A stretch of DNA of 64,000 nt from a virus: IMG/VR virus record IMGVR_UViG_3300037808_001516, positions 1 through 64,000 of that record; one strand, 5' to 3'. Of this stretch, positions 59,140 to 64,000 are shown piece by piece. Positions within the stretch are counted from its first letter, which is position 1, and every line of letters begins with the position of its first letter. Position numbers and translations under genes: made by a program. The notes below the pieces were generated by a model. It worked only from the letters and a program-made list of their open reading frames with translations, was not told the DNA's origin and did no database searches.

Positions 59140-61902
59140 ATGACACAAATTATAGACCCGTGCAGTAGAGTGGAAGTCCCCGACGCCCCAGACCAGGGAC
59201 AAGGCCCTAATCCTGTTTCGACACGATCTCTTGAGATACCACCAGCCGCGTTCCCCGTTAGGCAGTCTGAACCGATAGAACAGACAACTGTCAGAGACAG
59301 CGCACTCATAGAGAAGTACTTGTGGAATGACCTCTCAGACACAATAGACCTCCTCAGATACCCTCAGCAGGCAGTGAGATTGACAAGTTGGCAAGAGAGG
59401 CCAGAGTTTTTAGACTCATTCCGGTTCGTCGCCGGCAAGAACTGGAGATTTGAAAATGGTAATCTAGTTTTTTACAAGAAAGACTTTAAAGCGTCGACGC
59501 TAAAAGGAGTACCCTTTGACTTGCAGACTAGATTTGTAGGAAGCGATCAATCCGGATTGGAGACATGTGAGATAACATTGACACCGGATTTCCCAATATT
59601 TCGAGGACTCCTACAACAGAACAATAGGTTTTCCTTGTCAGAATCGTCGATAATCTTTAACGCTCCTCAAAACTTTCATGCATACGTGTTCGGCACAGGA
59701 CCTTTTGAAGTGCCTCTAATATCAGACACAAATAACTGGAAATACGATTTTTGCTTCAAAGCTCCCGCAGCTTTTTTTAAATCTGAAGTGGATCGCTCAA
59801 GTGTACCGTTAGTAGAGGGAGTATCTATAACTTCTCATTACTTGGGCCTACCTGTAAATGAACCATCCGAAGAAGCAAAAGAGTTGACTAAGTATAGCGC
59901 ATATAGATTTTATGAAAACTCTTTAGACCCAACTGTTCCCGCAAGAGTAGCGGAAGACAGCTCCCAAGTCTTTTTTAATCACGAAATCGTAAACGATATA
60001 ACAGCGCACGCCACTAGTCAAGGTGCCATGAGTTCTTTATTCTCGACAGAACAAGGACAAAGCGTCTTAAACAATCATGTACGGATAACCCTTGACACTA
60101 GTCAGAAGGTGAAGAAAGAAGATTCATTCGCTGCAACCTTAGCTGCAGGCAACCACACCCGCGCTTTCATGAATTTTTTGGTGAACAGTGATGTAGAACT
60201 CAACGCCGAAAATAGGTTTGTTCAAATTCTAGATCAATCTAGACTAGGGGGAAATGTTAACAACAAACAAATCGTAAACTATGAGCCTAAGTCCTACGAA
60301 CAAAACAAGCCCGGAGAATCTGACAATAATTTTAACGAGCACTATGGGTTTTCTGTATATGAATTAACAACATCGCTGTCGGACAAGCAATATTCAAGAA
60401 GCCCGATACCCTATGATCGATCGAACTACGCTCTCTCTTTTAGTCAATTCGATGGCGCGGACCAGCGATTGATCGATATCAAAAACACAAAGAAAAGAAC
60501 ATTTGATTCGATATTAAGTGGTGATTTAGCGCACAGCGAGATTATCGCATATAGAATAGAGAAATCAAACTTAGAAGGAGACACTCTACAGAATTTTTAT
60601 TTCTTCAACAGCTACGATGATGATGCTTTAGACTTTATAGACACACAGGTATTTTATAACAGGGAATATACATATAGAATCTATGCGATTAACGCGGTCG
60701 TAGGAAATAAGTATAAGTATGTAAAATATTACGATAATAGTTATATCGACGACATCTACTCTTTTGCAAATGAGTCTCCTTATAAATTTTTGGCACTTAA
60801 CAAGGCTGTCGTCAGTTTTATTGAGACTCCATTTTTTGAACAGCAAATAGTCATGATCGACAAGCCCCCTCTCTTTCCTCAGGTAGAAGTTGTCCCATTT
60901 TTTCAAGAAGTGGACCGAATCGGGTTTAGATTGACACCAACATATGGATCTGTAATAGAAAAGCCAATACAAATAATTGCATCAGATGAGCGGAAGATAG
61001 CCGCCATGCAGAGTAATTCTGTGAATTTTTCTGAAACAGAGTCGGAGTCTGAAAGGTTGGTTCACTATTCGAGCGACAATCCCCCAACAGAATATGAAGT
61101 TTTGTTAATTCAGCAGCCTCCTAGTTCATATCAGGATTTCGCAACAGCGCAGAGGTTCGCCAAAGAGACAAGCTATAATTCTGGTTACATGGAACTGAAC
61201 CTTGAACCTAATAAAAGATATTACATGGTCTTTCGAGCCGCGGACAATGCCGGAATATCAAATCCCAGTTCAGTCTACACCATGGTGTTGAATCTACACA
61301 CAGACGGTATTTTCGTGGAGTTCGATGAGTACGAGATGCAACCAAACGATTCGGACATTCCAATGACGTTTGAAAGAGTTCTAAAAATAGATCCATCTCC
61401 CGAGCAAATGTCAGTTGATTTTTCAGAGCAAATACAGCAAGAGGGTTTTTATGCCACTGCACCTTCGGTTTCTGACTTGCAGCTTGGCATAGAAGAAAAT
61501 AAAGTCTGGACTAAAGATTATAAATTTCGATTAATATCGAGGACGACAGGAAAGGCAATTGACCTGAACATTAACTATGGGTATGACATTGTACAGCCAC
61601 CAGTCTCATCTAACTATGCGCTTAACTTTGATGATATTGAGATTTTTGACAATCAAGGGACATTAGTGGAAAGAGAGGGAGAAGTCCACGGCGGCCTGTC
61701 TGGGCTCCCTGTCGAGTCTGAAAATCAGCAAAGCTCGACCACGGAATATGATGAGGAAGGAAATCCCGTAAGAAGTACCGTCAGGGCAAACCCCGAATCA
61801 GTCAGAGAAAGGCTGGCCCGAGAAGAAAGGGAGCGCAACATGGAGAGCATTCGCAGAGATGATGCAACTAATACGGGCCCGACAAGAATATATGAGTATT
61901 AA
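59140..61902 (+). CDS. Large putative structural protein with FN3-like segments (920 aa)
   Basis: FIDTQV.Y...YTYRIYAIN and LEPNKRYYMVFRA.DNAG.S.PS motifs. Confidence 0.6.
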   Translation: MTQIIDPCSRVEVPDAPDQGQGPNPVSTRSLEIPPAAFPVRQSEPIEQTTVRDSALIEKYLWNDLSDTIDLLRYPQQAVRLTSWQERPEFLDSFRFVAGKNWRFENGNLVFYKKDFKASTLKGVPFDLQTRFVGSDQSGLETCEITLTPDFPIFRGLLQQNNRFSLSESSIIFNAPQNFHAYVFGTGPFEVPLISDTNNWKYDFCFKAPAAFFKSEVDRSSVPLVEGVSITSHYLGLPVNEPSEEAKELTKYSAYRFYENSLDPTVPARVAEDSSQVFFNHEIVNDITAHATSQGAMSSLFSTEQGQSVLNNHVRITLDTSQKVKKEDSFAATLAAGNHTRAFMNFLVNSDVELNAENRFVQILDQSRLGGNVNNKQIVNYEPKSYEQNKPGESDNNFNEHYGFSVYELTTSLSDKQYSRSPIPYDRSNYALSFSQFDGADQRLIDIKNTKKRTFDSILSGDLAHSEIIAYRIEKSNLEGDTLQNFYFFNSYDDDALDFIDTQVFYNREYTYRIYAINAVVGNKYKYVKYYDNSYIDDIYSFANESPYKFLALNKAVVSFIETPFFEQQIVMIDKPPLFPQVEVVPFFQEVDRIGFRLTPTYGSVIEKPIQIIASDERKIAAMQSNSVNFSETESESERLVHYSSDNPPTEYEVLLIQQPPSSYQDFATAQRFAKETSYNSGYMELNLEPNKRYYMVFRAADNAGISNPSSVYTMVLNLHTDGIFVEFDEYEMQPNDSDIPMTFERVLKIDPSPEQMSVDFSEQIQQEGFYATAPSVSDLQLGIEENKVWTKDYKFRLISRTTGKAIDLNINYGYDIVQPPVSSNYALNFDDIEIFDNQGTLVEREGEVHGGLSGLPVESENQQSSTTEYDEEGNPVRSTVRANPESVRERLAREERERNMESIRRDDATNTGPTRIYEY

Positions 61903-61928
61903 AATAGAGCAATAATAAAACTAAAACA

Positions 61929-61939
61929 CTAATTAATAG
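61929..61939 (+). promoter_or_regulatory. Candidate late promoter variant (CTAATTAATAG)
   Basis: Identical 11-mer at 11938-11948 upstream of phoH. Confidence 0.45.
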
Positions 61940-61967
61940 TGATTTCATTTAATAAAGGAGCAAAATA

Positions 61968-62972
61968 ATGGCATTTTTGGACAATTCCGGCGATATTATT
62001 CTTGACGCCGTCTTGACAGACCTCGGAAGAAAGCGTCTGGCAGCAGGAAATTTTAGAATTTCTAAGTTCGCGTTGGGAGACGAGGAGGTTAATTATAATC
62101 TTTTTAACTCAACTGACTCTAGAGGTTCTGCATTTTACGATCTTGAAATTATGCAGACACCAGTCTTGGAGGCATTCACAAGCGACCAGTCTTTAATGAA
62201 GACAAGGTTAATGAGTTTTGCTAGAAACAATATACTTTACATGCCTATGTTAAAGATAAACAACAAGTCGGAAAATCAATCAAGCCAACCAGACAGTGCC
62301 ATTCAGGGCTTCACTCTCATGGCGGACAAAGACACTGTGACGCACGATTCTGGAAACGATAGAGGACATAAGCCCGGATTTATTAGTGGAATGATGGGAG
62401 ACTCAGCACAAACAACGACTCACATAGCGATCGATCAGGGCATCGACTCCGGTGATGACGGACTAAACATAACTCAAACTCTCGACCCAGGACTGCTTGA
62501 GACAGCATTCGTAGTAAAGGTCGACCACAGAATATTGAGACTAGAGTCTTACACTGGGGAGTCCACTTACAATACGCTTACAAATCAATTCATCGATGAC
62601 GATGCCATAGCTACATACTACATAATGCAAGGGCAAGAAGGCTCTCCGATCTTAGGACCTAGAGAAGCAGGCTTCAGAATGAGGTCTGATCTTAGAGATT
62701 CTAATACCACTGAATTGACTACTATCGGCGGCCACGAGATGTTCGCTGGCCCCCTTGGTAACGTCTTGCGCATTGTACCTAGGGTTTCCAATTCGGCTCA
62801 ACAGTCTACGTCTCTTTTCACGGAACTTGGGGCCTCGAAGACAAATCTAGCGACCCGAACCGGAGGAGCGAATATGAGCAATTACAGATACATAGATACC
62901 GTAATGAATATTACAGGTATGACCACCGGGTACTCAATTGACGTACCGATAAGAATTATAAAGAAAAGTTAA
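61968..62972 (+). CDS. Putative baseplate/tail structural protein
   Basis: MAFLDNSGDIILDAVLTDLGRKRLA...FALGDEEVNY; SD AAGGAG. Confidence 0.65.
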   Translation: MAFLDNSGDIILDAVLTDLGRKRLAAGNFRISKFALGDEEVNYNLFNSTDSRGSAFYDLEIMQTPVLEAFTSDQSLMKTRLMSFARNNILYMPMLKINNKSENQSSQPDSAIQGFTLMADKDTVTHDSGNDRGHKPGFISGMMGDSAQTTTHIAIDQGIDSGDDGLNITQTLDPGLLETAFVVKVDHRILRLESYTGESTYNTLTNQFIDDDAIATYYIMQGQEGSPILGPREAGFRMRSDLRDSNTTELTTIGGHEMFAGPLGNVLRIVPRVSNSAQQSTSLFTELGASKTNLATRTGGANMSNYRYIDTVMNITGMTTGYSIDVPIRIIKKS

Positions 62973-62986
62973 ACTAGGAGATTAAA

Positions 62987-64000
62987 ATGGCAAATTCTTT
63001 TTTCAAAACACTGACATCCGCGGACCGCACTCAATCACGCACTTTGTTGCACGAGAACATTCCAATTACGGGAACACTACTATCTGGAACTTACAATACC
63101 GATTCCGCAGGAAGAGAGGTTAACGTAAAAGTTTTTTCTCACGGAATGTTTCAGTCTGTGTATGATTATCCATACGCCAGCTCTTCAGCGAATCATATCC
63201 TAGATTTAGCCGCAGGGTTCAGCACCGATGCAAGTTCGGTCTCTTCTTCTGCAACTGCAGCAGCTGCACAGGCGCCGAAGAAGGTAAACATATACAATCA
63301 AATGGCACAGGTACTGGTAGGGTATGACACGGGAAGCAACGTTCGAACATTCGATATTGATGGTAACTTCGCCGACACCGGCACTAAGCATCATGACGTA
63401 ATATTCGTAAACTTTTCTAGGCTCCTTGTTAAGGATGAAATAAAGAAGGGTAGCTTCTCCATAGTGTTAGGCACAGGCTCAGCCTATGCAACGCCTTTCA
63501 GCAACACCCTCACAGTGTCTGACACTGGAGCCGCGACTTCATACCTGTCCAACTCACCTGCAGGTGAGTACGGTTTATTGAAGAGTGGATCCACCAATGT
63601 TGGATTGGTTTACTACCAGGCAGGCGTTGCTGTCTTGACAGGGTCAGTTTTCGGAACGGGATCAAACATGACGTCCACCGGGACTAAAATAGAAGGGTTG
63701 CTGACAGGGTCTTCAATAAACGCAACCGCAGATGCAGTAAGACACAGAATACAGAATATATCCTTCAACAATACAACCGAGCTTAATTCTACAATATTCT
63801 TCTGTAGAGCTAATCACAATGAGTTTAATTACAGTTCTAATCCCACTTATTTGAGTGGGAGTAAGATTGTGGTGAAGGACAATGAGCCCCTTAATCTGCC
63901 TAGATCGTATGTGACAACTGTGGGATTATATTCTCCAGACAATGAACTTATGGCTGTAGCTAAAGTGTCTGAGCCTCTACGCAAGGATCCAACCAACGAA
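62987..64000 (+). CDS. Putative tail/baseplate structural protein (3' end outside window), not in ORF track
   Basis: SD AGGAG; MANSFFKTL...; ends YVTTVGLYSPDNELMAVAKVSEPLRKD, a tail-collar-like motif. Confidence 0.7.
   Translation, partial: MANSFFKTLTSADRTQSRTLLHENIPITGTLLSGTYNTDSAGREVNVKVFSHGMFQSVYDYPYASSSANHILDLAAGFSTDASSVSSSATAAAAQAPKKVNIYNQMAQVLVGYDTGSNVRTFDIDGNFADTGTKHHDVIFVNFSRLLVKDEIKKGSFSIVLGTGSAYATPFSNTLTVSDTGAATSYLSNSPAGEYGLLKSGSTNVGLVYYQAGVAVLTGSVFGTGSNMTSTGTKIEGLLTGSSINATADAVRHRIQNISFNNTTELNSTIFFCRANHNEFNYSSNPTYLSGSKIVVKDNEPLNLPRSYVTTVGLYSPDNELMAVAKVSEPLRKDPTNE

Noticed and set aside
4283-63394. Numerous short antisense or alternate-frame ORFs (e.g. 7762-8331, 9650-9937, 31496-31939, 47352-47741)
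   Set aside because: Shadows of long + strand genes with no SD or recognisable motifs
1-64000. Stop-codon reassignment as in some jumbo phages
   Set aside because: Very long ORFs are open in code 11, and TAA, TAG and TGA all end genes at coupled junctions; the TAG at 26264 is explained by a frameshift
1-64000. Bacterial chromosome or eukaryotic giant virus origin
   Set aside because: gp25/gp6 baseplate genes, a gp55-like sigma, SD sequences and a tmRNA, with no housekeeping operons, indicate a bacteriophage

Overview
A 64-kb segment of a large, AT-rich, contractile-tailed (distantly T4-like, jumbo-type) bacteriophage genome, read in the standard code and almost entirely on the + strand. Left part (1-15.3 kb): host-takeover and accessory genes. 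These include the 3' end of iscU, an unannotated 26-aa Cys-rich metallothionein-like peptide, a tmRNA (tag ANDDVENFEDYALAA), a PiT-family phosphate transporter, cysK, likely head-packaged proteins (one a multi-domain peptidoglycan hydrolase), a minimal tilS next to a tRNA-Ile2(CAU), an Hc1-like protein, ClpP, a trypsin-like lipoprotein, PhoH and a Cas4/AddB-like nuclease. Middle (15.3-29.6 kb): a ~14-kb glycan biosynthesis cluster with several glycosyltransferases, WecB, GNAT, DegT and RmlB, plus a KdsC-like phosphatase / PfkB kinase / nucleotidyltransferase-RpiB fusion / split transketolase set that may be an undescribed route to a higher-carbon NDP-sugar. Right part (30-64 kb): a gp55-like late sigma factor, then a baseplate/tail module (gp5-like spike, gp25, gp6, and 2659-aa and 3452-aa virion proteins). 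A recurrent CTA(T/A)TTA motif upstream of transcription units looks like the late promoter, and GC-only palindromes (GCCGGC/GGCGCC/CGGCCG) appear over-represented. All functional calls come from motif recognition by eye, not database searches.
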